DNA of 64,000 bases from contig LS999830.1 of the NCBI GenBank assembly GCA_900537185.1, positions 47,440 through 111,439 on the forward strand, given 5' to 3'. Below, piece by piece: positions 18,152 through 28,083 of this stretch (position 1 is the stretch's first letter; every line of letters starts with the position of its first letter). Made by a program: the position numbers and the translations under genes. The DNA comes from Cytophagales bacterium Alg240-R148 (lineage in GTDB: Bacteria; Bacteroidota; Bacteroidia; Cytophagales; Cyclobacteriaceae). The notes under the pieces were generated by a model that worked only from the letters and a program-made list of their open reading frames with translations, ran no database searches and was not told the DNA's origin.

Positions 18152-18763
18152 ATGATTCCCTATAACATGCTTTTCAGCCAACTCCATGTTTTTGAAAGAG
18201 AACTGGAGACCCCAACTTTTCCTATCAATATAATATCCAATGTTTCTGAAATTATTCAGAATAAAATTAACACTTGCCCATCCGAATTTCAAATAAAGAA
18301 TGGCGTGGCCATTCATAAATCGGCAGTGGTAGAAGAGGGAGTAGTACTAAAGGGGCCGGTCTTAATTGAAGCGGACAGCTTTGTTGGTGCCAATGCGTAT
18401 TTAAGGAGTGGCGTGTATGTTGGTCCGAATGCATCTGTAGGTCCGGGGTGCGAGGTGGTTCGATCTTTGTTGTTAGATTCTTGCCATTTGGCACATTTTA
18501 ATTATGTTGGGGATAGCATACTAGGGGCTCGGGTCAATTTGGAAGCAGGGGCCATAGTAGCCAACCATTGGAACGAAAAAGGGAACAAAGAGATTGTTAT
18601 TCTATGGGAAGGGAAACAACACCGTTTGGGTGTCAATAAAATGGGGGCTTTGGTAGGGGATGGCTGTAAAATTGGCGCCAATGCAGTTTTATCACCAGGT
18701 ACCATATTAAAACCGAATACAATAATTAAAAGGTTAGAATTAGTGGAGCAATTATCAGAATAA
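18152..18763 (+). CDS. hexapeptide-repeat (left-handed beta-helix) acyl/nucleotidyl-transferase-family protein
   Basis: Repeated [LIV]-G-x4 hexads (VGANAYLRSGVYVGPNASVGPGCEV ... IGANAVLSPGT). Confidence 0.6.
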   Translation: MIPYNMLFSQLHVFERELETPTFPINIISNVSEIIQNKINTCPSEFQIKNGVAIHKSAVVEEGVVLKGPVLIEADSFVGANAYLRSGVYVGPNASVGPGCEVVRSLLLDSCHLAHFNYVGDSILGARVNLEAGAIVANHWNEKGNKEIVILWEGKQHRLGVNKMGALVGDGCKIGANAVLSPGTILKPNTIIKRLELVEQLSE

Positions 18764-18862
18764 AAAAAAGAGCTTTAACTGTAATTTTTTATTGCCATAT
18801 GCTGTTATTCTAATGTTTTATTTTAATACCTTTGCAAAATTTTATTTCAAAAGGACAACATT

Positions 18863-20359
18863 ATGGCTCAGATTCTTAACGACATTTCCAGGACTTTTAG
18901 CGAGTATTTATTGATACCAGGTTTAACTACTGAAAAGTGTGTTCCAACTGGTGTAAACCTTACCACTCCGCTGGTTAAATTTAAAAAAGGAGAGCAACCT
19001 GCAATAGAAGTTAATGTTCCTTTTGTTTCGGCCATTATGCAATCTGTTTCAGATCATGAAATGGCAATTGAACTAGCTAGAAATGGAGGGTTGTCTTTTG
19101 TTTTTGGTTCACAATCAATAGAAGGCCAGGCAGAAATGGTTAGGAAAGTGAAGAAATTCAAGGCCGGGTTTGTAACGAGCGATGCCAATTTAACTCCAGA
19201 GCATACCCTTCAAGATGTAATCAACCTAAAAGCCAAAACTGGTCATTCTACCATTGGTATTACCCATGATGGTAGTTCTAATGGTAAATTGATGGGTATT
19301 GTAACCGGCCGGGACTACCGTCCTAGTAGAGATTCGTTATCCCGCAAGGTGAAAGAATTTATGAAACCATTTGATCAATTGATCATAGGCAAATTTGGAA
19401 TTTCTTTGAATGAAGCCAACGATGTCATTTGGGAGCATAAGTTGAATTCTTTGCCAATCATAGATGAAGATAACAACCTAAAATATTTTGTGTTTAGAAA
19501 AGATTATGACAGCCATAAGGAGTACCCAAATGAGTTGTTGGACGATCATAAAAAACTAAAAGTAGGAGCAGGAATCAATACAAGGGATTATGAAGAGCGT
19601 GTACCGGCACTAGTAGAAGCAGGAGTGGACGTATTGTGTATTGATTCTTCAGATGGCTTTTCTGTATGGCAGAAAAAGACCATCGAATACGTGAGAGAGC
19701 AGTATGGCGATGCGGTTAAAATTGGAGCAGGTAATGTCGTAGATAAAGATGGTTTCTTATATTTAGTGGAAGCCGGTGCGGACTTTGTTAAAGTTGGAGT
19801 AGGTGGTGGTTCCATTTGTATAACAAGAGAACAAAAAGGAATAGGAAGAGGCCAGGCAACGGCATTAATTGAAGTAGCGGAAGCTAGGGATGCTTATTTT
19901 GAAAAGACAGGGGTATATGTACCCATATGTTCGGACGGCGGCATCGTACAGGACTACCACATGGTACTTGCACTGGCAATGGGTGCAGATTTTATGATGA
20001 TGGGCAGGTATTTTGCCAGATTTGATGAAAGCCCTACTAAAAAGATGATGGTCAATGGTAATTATGTTAAAGAGTATTGGGGAGAAGGATCCAATAGGGC
20101 TAGAAATTGGCAGCGTTACGACCAAGGAGAGAACGAAAGTTTGAAATTTGAAGAAGGTGTTGACAGTTACGTGCCCTACGCTGGTAAATTAAAGGACAAC
20201 TTGGATGTGACAATTGGCAAGATTAAATCGACTATGTGCAGTTGTGGTACCATTTCTATTGAGGAGCTACAAAAGGATGCCAAAATTACTTTGGTGTCTT
20301 CTACCAGTATTATTGAAGGTGGAGCCCACGATGTGATTCTGAAAGAGACAAAAATGTAA
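18863..20359 (+). CDS. IMP dehydrogenase / GMP reductase family protein (IMPDH-like, with an inserted CBS-like region)
   Basis: Catalytic Cys loop '[23 protein letters not shown]'. N-terminal block '[12 protein letters not shown]' resembles IMPDH 'LTFDDVLLVP'. Length 498 aa. Confidence 0.65.
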   Translation: MAQILNDISRTFSEYLLIPGLTTEKCVPTGVNLTTPLVKFKKGEQPAIEVNVPFVSAIMQSVSDHEMAIELARNGGLSFVFGSQSIEGQAEMVRKVKKFKAGFVTSDANLTPEHTLQDVINLKAKTGHSTIGITHDGSSNGKLMGIVTGRDYRPSRDSLSRKVKEFMKPFDQLIIGKFGISLNEANDVIWEHKLNSLPIIDEDNNLKYFVFRKDYDSHKEYPNELLDDHKKLKVGAGINTRDYEERVPALVEAGVDVLCIDSSDGFSVWQKKTIEYVREQYGDAVKIGAGNVVDKDGFLYLVEAGADFVKVGVGGGSICITREQKGIGRGQATALIEVAEARDAYFEKTGVYVPICSDGGIVQDYHMVLALAMGADFMMMGRYFARFDESPTKKMMVNGNYVKEYWGEGSNRARNWQRYDQGENESLKFEEGVDSYVPYAGKLKDNLDVTIGKIKSTMCSCGTISIEELQKDAKITLVSSTSIIEGGAHDVILKETKM

Positions 20360-20383
20360 TTGGATATATTACGTTGAATTGGA

Positions 20384-20417
20384 AAGGCTTTGCTAGTAGC
20401 AAAGCCTTTTTTTTGTG
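20384..20417 (+). terminator. rho-independent terminator downstream of the IMPDH-family gene
   Basis: Perfect hairpin AAAGGCTTTGCTA-g-TAGCAAAGCCTTT followed by TTTTTTTG. Confidence 0.6.
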
Positions 20418-20553
20418 CTTTTTGAAATAGGAAATGGCTTTTGGTAAAACAAATTACCGCTTAGCTGGTTGTACCCACAGGAGCTTGGCATAAGGGGTTG
20501 GGTTTGCGTGGGAGTCTCTTTTTATTTATATTAAATCAAAATATTAGCCGACT

Positions 20554-21300
20554 ATGAAAAAAATATTTATTGTTCTGATGACTAGTTTTATAACGCATGG
20601 TGCCATCGCGCAAACCCAACAAATTAAAACTAACGATGGGAAACTAAAAATCACCCCCGTTTTACATGCATCTATGGTGCTGAAGTGGAACGATAAGACA
20701 ATATTTATTGATCCATATGGAGGGGCTGAGAAATACAGTGCATTTGGCAACCCTGATTTGGTAATAATAACAGACATTCATGGCGATCATTTGAACATGG
20801 AAACGCTTCAAGCATTGGACGTATCCTCTGCTAGTTTTATTGTGCCTCAGGCAGTGGAAGATAAAATGACATTACAGAACCATGGAGGTATCACAGTGCT
20901 TTCAAATGGTGATAAAAGTAATTGGAATGGGGTAGAAGTGGAAGCATTACCAATGTACAATTTGCCAGACGATGCCACCTCTAGGCACAAAAAAGGCCGT
21001 GGCAATGGATATGTACTAACGATAGGGGGTAAAAAGCTCTATATCTCAGGAGATACAGAAGATATTCCTGAAATGAGGCAGCTATCCGGTATTGATTATG
21101 CGTTTGTTTGCATGAATTTGCCGTATACCATGACAGTGGATGCTGCCGCAGATGCTGTTTTGGAGTTCCAACCTGCAACCGTTTATCCTTTTCATTATAG
21201 AGGCAAAGAAGGTAAAAGTGATGTTAAAAAATTCAAGTCTCTCGTGGATGCTGGAAACAAGAACATCAAAGTTGTTTTGTTGGATTGGTACCCAGAATAA
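20554..21300 (+). CDS. secreted MBL-fold metallo-hydrolase
   Basis: Signal peptide. 'ITDIHGDHL' (HxHxDH) metal-binding motif. Confidence 0.7.
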   Translation: MKKIFIVLMTSFITHGAIAQTQQIKTNDGKLKITPVLHASMVLKWNDKTIFIDPYGGAEKYSAFGNPDLVIITDIHGDHLNMETLQALDVSSASFIVPQAVEDKMTLQNHGGITVLSNGDKSNWNGVEVEALPMYNLPDDATSRHKKGRGNGYVLTIGGKKLYISGDTEDIPEMRQLSGIDYAFVCMNLPYTMTVDAAADAVLEFQPATVYPFHYRGKEGKSDVKKFKSLVDAGNKNIKVVLLDWYPE

Positions 21301-21306
21301 GTTTTG

Positions 21307-21822
21307 TTATTTGTCTAAAATCCGCTTAAGCTCAGAAAAATTGGATTTGACCAGCTCTAAGTCGCTTGGGTTGACTTGTTTTAAGTAACCTTCCTTTACT
21401 TGCGCAGCATATTGCGCTTGTTCGGGTGGTAATTTTTTGAATTCTTCTTCCATGGCACAAATGCTGTAAGACATCGCAATGGTGCCTACTTTTAAGAAGT
21501 ATTCTTCATCCCAACCGTATTTCTTTAATATCGCCATGGCCTTTTCATTGCCTGCAATGGCGTTGGCAGCAGCGTTGGGGTCCTTTTCGAAATCCATTTC
21601 CAGCTGCTTGAATTCTTGGGTCATTGGATCAAAGGTTTTTATGAATTTGGTTACATCACCGGAGCCCAGAACTTTTTGAGGCGTGTTTTGAGCCTGCAGA
21701 GTATTAAAAGAAAGCAATAGGATAAAAAACGTGGTAATAAAAGGTAACTGTTTGTTGGTCATAGCTTTAAATTCTAAATATGTAGTCAAATTTACAAACA
21801 TTAGTAGGGATTGAGACACCAA
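21307..21822 (-). CDS. secreted hypothetical protein
   Basis: Signal peptide (FFILLLSFNTLQAQ). The body is helical and has no catalytic motifs. Confidence 0.4.
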   Translation of the reverse strand: MVSQSLLMFVNLTTYLEFKAMTNKQLPFITTFFILLLSFNTLQAQNTPQKVLGSGDVTKFIKTFDPMTQEFKQLEMDFEKDPNAAANAIAGNEKAMAILKKYGWDEEYFLKVGTIAMSYSICAMEEEFKKLPPEQAQYAAQVKEGYLKQVNPSDLELVKSNFSELKRILDK

Positions 21823-21885
21823 AATTGAAAAATATTTACATTTTCATGCAGTTGGGGGAATTTATGGTTAAGTTATCTATCTAAA

Positions 21886-23403
21886 TTGCCTGATATGAAA
21901 AAAGTTTTGCTTTCATTTTTAATAGTTAGTAGCGTACTAACTCTAGGAATTGCCCAATCCGATTTGGATTCTAAAGCCTTGTTTTATGCGAAAAAATCCT
22001 CTCCTGAACTGTATAAAATGTTGGCCTTGCCAAATGATGCACATTATTTTGAACAGGGAATGTTAAATGTGCGTTGGGCGCAAAGTGCCTTTGAAAAACG
22101 TGGATTTCAAGTGAAGCATTTAAAAACCACTGTTTTGCCCATGCTTTTGGCAGAAAAAAGAGTGAAAAATGCTGCTAAAACAGTTTTGGTCTATTTGCAA
22201 ATGGATGGGCAACCCGTAGACACATCAAAATGGGACCAATCCAACCCATGGGTACCTACCCTGAAGAGAAAAAATGCGAACGAAAAGTGGGCCGAAATTG
22301 CATGGGACAAATTGCAAAAAGATTTTAATAAGGAAGATAGGATATTTGTTCGGTCGGCCTCTGATGCAAAAGGGCCGGTGATGATGTTGCTAAAAGCAAT
22401 GGATTGGATGTCCGATGAAGGGCAAGAACCCAATTTTAATTTAAAAGTTATATTGGATTTTGAAGAAGAGCTGGGATCGCCTAGAATTAAAAAAGTGGTG
22501 GAGACGTATAAAAAGGAATTGGCCTCCGATATGTTTGTTATTTTCGATGGTCCTAGACACACCAGCAACCGCCCTACGCTTACCTATGGGGCTCGGGGCA
22601 TTGTTACCTTGACATTGAAAGTGTTTGGACCAAGGGTGCCCCAACACAGTGGGCATTATGGGAATTACGCACCGAACCCGGCATATAATCTTTCTAGATT
22701 GTTACACGATATGAAAAACTCCAATGGCAAGGTAATCATCCCAGGGTGGTACGATGGAGTAGTGCTCGATGCAGCAACTAAAGAAATACTTAGACAAGTA
22801 CCGGATGATGAAGAGGAAATTAGACGCAAGATAGGGATCGCTGGAATTGATGCGGTTGCGGATAACTACCAAGAGGCGATGCAATATCCTTCCCTGAATA
22901 TTTTGGGATTACAATCTGGTTGGGTAGGCAACGAAACAAGAACCGTTGTGCCTGCTACGGCTACAGCCGAAATGGACATTAGGTTGGTAAAAGAAAGTGA
23001 CCCAGAAAGGTTGGTAGGCTTGGTGCAACACCTCATCAAAACAAGAGGGTTCCATTTTGTAAACGGAATGCCAACAGAAGCAGAACGATTAGAATATAAG
23101 AAACTTATTTCTTTTGAATACGATATTAATTATGGTGCTTTTAGAACGTCTTTTGATTCTGAAGTTGGTGCCTGGTTAAGGAAGGGGATGTTCAAGGCAT
23201 TTGGTTCCGTTCCAATACAGATTAGAACAGCAGGAGGCTCTATCCCAATAGCACCATTTGTAAATACACTGGATGTTCCAGCGGTTAGTGTTCCTACCGT
23301 AAACCCAGACAACAACCAGCACAGCCCTAATGAAAATTTGAGGTTGGGCAACTATGTAGAAGGCATCAAAACCATCTATGCTATTTTTACTACCGAAATT
23401 TAA
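21886..23403 (+). CDS. secreted M20-family metallopeptidase (dipeptidase-like)
   Basis: Signal peptide. M20 motifs include the C-terminal 'HSPNENLRL' and Asp/Glu metal ligands (SDAKGP). Confidence 0.7.
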   Translation: MPDMKKVLLSFLIVSSVLTLGIAQSDLDSKALFYAKKSSPELYKMLALPNDAHYFEQGMLNVRWAQSAFEKRGFQVKHLKTTVLPMLLAEKRVKNAAKTVLVYLQMDGQPVDTSKWDQSNPWVPTLKRKNANEKWAEIAWDKLQKDFNKEDRIFVRSASDAKGPVMMLLKAMDWMSDEGQEPNFNLKVILDFEEELGSPRIKKVVETYKKELASDMFVIFDGPRHTSNRPTLTYGARGIVTLTLKVFGPRVPQHSGHYGNYAPNPAYNLSRLLHDMKNSNGKVIIPGWYDGVVLDAATKEILRQVPDDEEEIRRKIGIAGIDAVADNYQEAMQYPSLNILGLQSGWVGNETRTVVPATATAEMDIRLVKESDPERLVGLVQHLIKTRGFHFVNGMPTEAERLEYKKLISFEYDINYGAFRTSFDSEVGAWLRKGMFKAFGSVPIQIRTAGGSIPIAPFVNTLDVPAVSVPTVNPDNNQHSPNENLRLGNYVEGIKTIYAIFTTEI

Positions 23404-23471
23404 CGGTTTGGTGCGGTTTAAAAGGTAAAGGTGGATCGGAATTGACCTTTGTAGTGGTGAATTGAGTTTAC

Positions 23472-24389
23472 TTGTCCTTAAAAAAAGTAATTATGAAAAC
23501 GATTTATACAATATTTATCTTGATGTTAGGAAGCGGCTGTTTGGTGGCACAATCATGTCCGGAGGGAATGGATGCTTTTCAGGCCAATGATTTTGATCGT
23601 GCGGTTCGCGCATTTAAGGCATGCCATGAAAAAGACAACAAAGAGCCTACCGTGTTGTTTATGCTTGGTTATAGTTTAACTTCCAATCAAGCCTATGACG
23701 AGGCCATTCCTTACTTAAAAGCAGCAATTCAAGCCAAATACAAGTCGGTTGGAAATGCTTATTTCCAGTTGGCTCGGTGTTATGCCGCCAAAGGTGCCTT
23801 GCAAAACGCTTTTACTCAATTGTCGCAGGCAGCTGATGCGGGCTTTCCTGCAGTGGGTCGGTTGGATAGTTCAGAATTTGATGTGGTTAGAAATTCTACA
23901 GAGTTTATTTCCATTCAAGAAAAGATAAAAGCCAATGCTTTTCCATGTCTTAAGAATAAAGAAAATGCTCGTTTTGATTTTTGGGTTGGAGAATGGGAAG
24001 TGTATTTAAAAGGAAAGTTAATTGCAAAAAGTACCATTCGCAAGGCCGAAGGAGGGTGTGCAATTTTAGAGGATTACCAAGTGTTAAATGGTTCTTACTC
24101 CGGGCATAGCATAAGCTATTACAATGATAGGGAAAAACGATGGAATCAATATTGGGTTGGTAGTGCAGGGGATAAGTCGGAATATTATGAAACTGAAAAT
24201 TACGAGGATGCCCTACAATTTCTTACCAAGGGTGTGGATGCTAAGGGAGATGTTGCATGGACCAAGATGTCTTACAACCAAGTGGATGAAAATACAGTGG
24301 TTCAAAAACTAATGGTATCCAAAGACGAAGGGGTTACTTGGAATGCAGGGTTCTCGGGTACTTACAAACGGAAAAAATATGTAAAATGA
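23472..24389 (+). CDS. TPR-repeat lipoprotein with a C-terminal domain of unknown function
   Basis: Lipobox LGSGC. TPR-like helices in the N-terminal half. Confidence 0.45.
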   Translation: MSLKKVIMKTIYTIFILMLGSGCLVAQSCPEGMDAFQANDFDRAVRAFKACHEKDNKEPTVLFMLGYSLTSNQAYDEAIPYLKAAIQAKYKSVGNAYFQLARCYAAKGALQNAFTQLSQAADAGFPAVGRLDSSEFDVVRNSTEFISIQEKIKANAFPCLKNKENARFDFWVGEWEVYLKGKLIAKSTIRKAEGGCAILEDYQVLNGSYSGHSISYYNDREKRWNQYWVGSAGDKSEYYETENYEDALQFLTKGVDAKGDVAWTKMSYNQVDENTVVQKLMVSKDEGVTWNAGFSGTYKRKKYVK

Positions 24390-25918
24390 AGGGTGGGAGT
24401 TTGTTCATAGGCTTGTTGGTTTTAATCTTTAGCGCAAAAGGACAAACCATCGAAACGCTCCATACGGCGTTTGTGGACGGAACTTGTTCTAAATTGATTT
24501 TGAACGAACAGCCCAGCTTAGCTGAGGATGCTGAATACTGGTACCTGTTAGGGCTTTGCGCCCACCAGAATCAAAATTACTCCCAGTCGGTTGCATGTCT
24601 TAGAAAAGCAGATTCTTTGGGGTTTGCCAAACAAAAAGGAAGGTTGTGGTGGTATATGGCGCGGAGCCTGTCCCAATTGCACCAAGTAGAACCAGCCTTG
24701 GCGGGTTTGGAAAATGCCAGGCGCTTTGGTTTTCTTAACTATACAAACCTGCAAATCGAGGAATTTCATATTTTAAGGGCGGATCCGAAGTTTTTGGTAT
24801 TGGAAAGTGTTCTTAAGCCCTCCTTTGATAGTTGGACGGCACTGTTTTTATTTGTGGTGATGCAGGCAATTTTTTTGTTGCTGGTATTGCTGGCCGTAAA
24901 AGGCAATAATAGATATGGGAATGTTATTTTGGCTGTGTTGGTTTTGACTTTTGCCATTACGTTGTTCAGTTATGTTTTGTATTGGACACAATACAACGCC
25001 TATTTTCCTTATTTGAATTATTGGTATGAAGTATTGATGTTGCTTGGTGGACCTCTATTTTACTGTTATTTATGCAGCAGACTCTTGGAGGCACCAACGG
25101 CAATCAATCTTAAATACCATTTGCTTTTTCCTTTGTTTGTTGCGCTTGTTCTGTCACCATATTTGTTTTTCCAGTATTGGAGAGTGCAGGATTCTGGCCT
25201 TTGGCCTTGGATGTACAATTGGATGTTGTTGGTCAGGTTGCCAATTACCAAAGTGCTGTATTTGGGATTTTACCTCGGCTTAAGTATCAGGGCTTACATG
25301 CGATCGGATTGGGAGCATTCTTATATGAAAGTTTGGTTTAACTACTTATTGATTGCGTTTTCTGGTTATTATCTGAGTATTGTTTCTTATTATGTCTTAA
25401 TAAATTTTAAGTTTTTTGATGTTTCTTGGGATTACGGTATTTCTTTTGCCATGTCATTTTTTATTTTTTCAATTAGTTTTTTGGGTTATGCCTACCCACA
25501 GGTATTGTTGGGCCAACCCTTGAAGGCAGCACTGACACCTTTCAAGTATAAAAATGCTGGACTTACCGAACAAGCAGAAGTTTTAATAAAAAACAAGCTG
25601 GTGGTGTTGATGCGGGAAGAGTTGCTATTCACTAAAAACGACTTGTCATTGGACGATTTGGCCAATGCAGTTGGAAGCAGTAGACACCACGTTTCTTTGG
25701 TGGTTAATAAATACTTTGAGCAAAACTTTTTTGACTTCCTCAATACGCATAGGGTGGAGTATTTTAAGCAGCTTTTGTTACAACCTGAAAATGACAACAT
25801 CCCAGTCATACAATTGGCCTACGATGCTGGGTTTAATAATAAGGTTTCTTTTAACAAGGCCTTCAAGAAAAACACGGGAACTACACCAGCGGTTTTTAGA
25901 AAGGAACAAGTCTGTTAA
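24386..25918 (+). CDS. membrane-embedded AraC-family transcriptional regulator (periplasmic TPR + about 7 TM + C-terminal HTH_AraC)
   Basis: Signal peptide, TPR and multiple TM segments. C-terminal AraC HTH block 'LSLDDLANAVGSSRHHVSLVVNKYF ... YDAGFNNKVSFNKAFKKNTGTTPAVFR'. Start set at the ATGA overlap with the upstream stop. Confidence 0.65.
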   Translation: MKGGSLFIGLLVLIFSAKGQTIETLHTAFVDGTCSKLILNEQPSLAEDAEYWYLLGLCAHQNQNYSQSVACLRKADSLGFAKQKGRLWWYMARSLSQLHQVEPALAGLENARRFGFLNYTNLQIEEFHILRADPKFLVLESVLKPSFDSWTALFLFVVMQAIFLLLVLLAVKGNNRYGNVILAVLVLTFAITLFSYVLYWTQYNAYFPYLNYWYEVLMLLGGPLFYCYLCSRLLEAPTAINLKYHLLFPLFVALVLSPYLFFQYWRVQDSGLWPWMYNWMLLVRLPITKVLYLGFYLGLSIRAYMRSDWEHSYMKVWFNYLLIAFSGYYLSIVSYYVLINFKFFDVSWDYGISFAMSFFIFSISFLGYAYPQVLLGQPLKAALTPFKYKNAGLTEQAEVLIKNKLVVLMREELLFTKNDLSLDDLANAVGSSRHHVSLVVNKYFEQNFFDFLNTHRVEYFKQLLLQPENDNIPVIQLAYDAGFNNKVSFNKAFKKNTGTTPAVFRKEQVC

Positions 25919-26038
25919 TAACCCTTGGATAAATGCCAGGAGCTGCCATGGATTAGTTTATAGGTTTTTAATCAGATAATGTAATTTATCGTTCTAATAG
26001 CCGATATTACTAATTATCGGATTAATGAACGATATTTC

Positions 26039-26680
26039 TTGCGTCCAAAGAAGCAATCGAGTATATTGCTGTTCATGCAAAAGAATAAGAAAGCAGTGAT
26101 AACAGGAGATGTGATCAACTCCAGAGCAGGTAATATGCAAGACTGGAACCAACCATTAAAAATGGTGTTGCAACAGTATGGTCAAAACCCAGGGGATTGG
26201 GAAATGTATAGAGGGGATAGTTTTCAACTGGCCATGCCACCGGAACAGGCTCTTTTTGCAGCCATACACATCAAGGCTGCTATCAAGCAAATTAAAAATT
26301 ATGATGTGAGAATGGCCATAGGGGTAGGAGAAGAACGAGAAGTGTCCAAGACAATTACAGAATCAAACGGAACAGCTTATGTCTATTCAGGGACCAGTTT
26401 TGACCAACTTAAAAATAAAACGTTGGCTTTTAAATCCGGCCACAAAGAATTAACAATAGTATTAAATTTAATGATTAATTTGGCTATGTTGGTGGCTAAT
26501 CAATGGAGTAATACGGTGGCTGGCGTAATAAAGAAGTCCATGGAGCACCCTGAACTTACACAAAAGCAACTTGCGCAATTGCTCGGGAAGTCCCAAAGCA
26601 GCATCAGCGAAGCCTTAAAAAGGGGAGGGTTTGATGAAATAATGAAGTTAAACGATTTTTACCAGTCCCAAATTTTTTAA
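26039..26680 (+). CDS. SatD-family-like protein (tentative)
   Basis: About 200-aa soluble protein immediately upstream (2-nt gap) of a DUF3307-like membrane protein. This pairing is characteristic of SatD/DUF3307 loci. The family call is by recall. Confidence 0.35.
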   Translation: MRPKKQSSILLFMQKNKKAVITGDVINSRAGNMQDWNQPLKMVLQQYGQNPGDWEMYRGDSFQLAMPPEQALFAAIHIKAAIKQIKNYDVRMAIGVGEEREVSKTITESNGTAYVYSGTSFDQLKNKTLAFKSGHKELTIVLNLMINLAMLVANQWSNTVAGVIKKSMEHPELTQKQLAQLLGKSQSSISEALKRGGFDEIMKLNDFYQSQIF

Positions 26681-26682
26681 CC

Positions 26683-27405
26683 ATGAGTGTATTTTTATTA
26701 AAACTTTTAATCGCCCATTTTTTAGGCGATTTTGTGTTGCAACCAGATCGGTGGGTACAGGAGAAATTGAAATACAAACACAAATCTGTTTATATGTATG
26801 CCCATTTACTGGTGCATGGAGGGGTGTTGCTGTTGTTGTTGCAATTTGAAATGAAGTATTGGGGTGCAATTGGTGCAGTAATTTTGAGCCATTTTGTTAT
26901 AGATTGGATAAAGCTGAGCTTAAATGAACGGGCCAACAAACAATTGCTTTTTGTGCTAGACCAAGTTGCCCACCTACTGGTTATTGTTGTTTTGGCTTCG
27001 ATTTACGAGCCATTTAAATTTAGTGTTGATTTTTTACTTACCAAACAATCTCTATTGCTGATCATGGCCTTGATCTGTGTTACGTTTGTGGCATCAGTTG
27101 TGATGAAAGTAATTATGGGGAAGTGGGATTTGGATGAAGATGATGCCAACGACTCACTAAACAATGCTGGCAAGTATATTGGAATGCTGGAGCGACTTTT
27201 TGTATTTGGGTTTATTTCAATAGGCCAATGGCAAGCCATCGGGTTGCTCATAGCTGCTAAGTCGGTGTTTCGTTTTGGCGATCTTTCAAGGGCAAGGGAT
27301 CGAAAACTAACAGAGTATATCTTGATCGGGACCTTGCTTAGTTTCGGGATTGCCATGTTGCTAGGAATAGGGTATCAATATGCGGTAAAGCAATGGATTA
27401 ATTAA
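26683..27405 (+). CDS. DUF3307-like polytopic membrane protein
   Basis: N-terminus 'LLIAHFLGDFVLQ' with His-rich TM helices. 240 aa. Confidence 0.4.
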   Translation: MSVFLLKLLIAHFLGDFVLQPDRWVQEKLKYKHKSVYMYAHLLVHGGVLLLLLQFEMKYWGAIGAVILSHFVIDWIKLSLNERANKQLLFVLDQVAHLLVIVVLASIYEPFKFSVDFLLTKQSLLLIMALICVTFVASVVMKVIMGKWDLDEDDANDSLNNAGKYIGMLERLFVFGFISIGQWQAIGLLIAAKSVFRFGDLSRARDRKLTEYILIGTLLSFGIAMLLGIGYQYAVKQWIN

Positions 27406-28079
27406 TAGGCAGCCATTTCCTTCCACAACTTGTCAAATTCTCTTTGGTATTGTTTGATAGGGCCCTTTTCTCGACTTAATAAAATGTTTTCATGGTTGTA
27501 TTTTTCGGCACTTCTAGTCCAATTGTAACTTCCTGTGATTAAAATAGAACTGTCCATAATAGCAAATTTGTGGTGCATGTGGTTGCTGGTGTTGTCTATT
27601 TTTACTGGAAGTCCTTTATCGGCTAAATAATCGATATCCGATCCACGGTCTTCCGTTTTGTCGTTGTCGGTTATGATTTTTACAGAAATACCTTTTTTGT
27701 GCGCCGATACAATGCCGTCTCTGATGTCATTGTCGCTTATGGTGAAAACACAGATGTCTATGGTTTTGATGGCCGAATGGATGTTGTAAAGAATGGCATT
27801 TTTACAAGCGGATCCAGGGCTAAACAAAACATCAGACTCTTCTGTTTTGTTGTTTACTATAAGCGCTTTATTGGCTTCTTCCAGCCAACGGATTACCAAG
27901 CCATAATTGTCCGAATTTACATGTTCGTTGGCGATATCAAACACTTGCCCTCGAATAAAATTGATTTGGTGTTGGTCCAAGCCTTCATTTTTGATCATGG
28001 ACTTGAGGTTTCTTTTTTCAGCCCTGCTAAACAACTGGTCTTCTATGCTCTCTTTAATGTGGTTGATAATGTCGTCCAT
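27402..28079 (-). CDS. phospholipase D-family (single HKD; Nuc/endonuclease-like) protein with an N-terminal domain of about 90 aa of unknown function
   Basis: HKD motif 'HMHHKFAIMD' followed by 'GSYNWTRSAEKYNHENI' (the HxK(x4)D(x6)GSxN pattern). Confidence 0.7.
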   Translation of the reverse strand: MDDIINHIKESIEDQLFSRAEKRNLKSMIKNEGLDQHQINFIRGQVFDIANEHVNSDNYGLVIRWLEEANKALIVNNKTEESDVLFSPGSACKNAILYNIHSAIKTIDICVFTISDNDIRDGIVSAHKKGISVKIITDNDKTEDRGSDIDYLADKGLPVKIDNTSNHMHHKFAIMDSSILITGSYNWTRSAEKYNHENILLSREKGPIKQYQREFDKLWKEMAAY

Positions 28080-28083
28080 GGCG

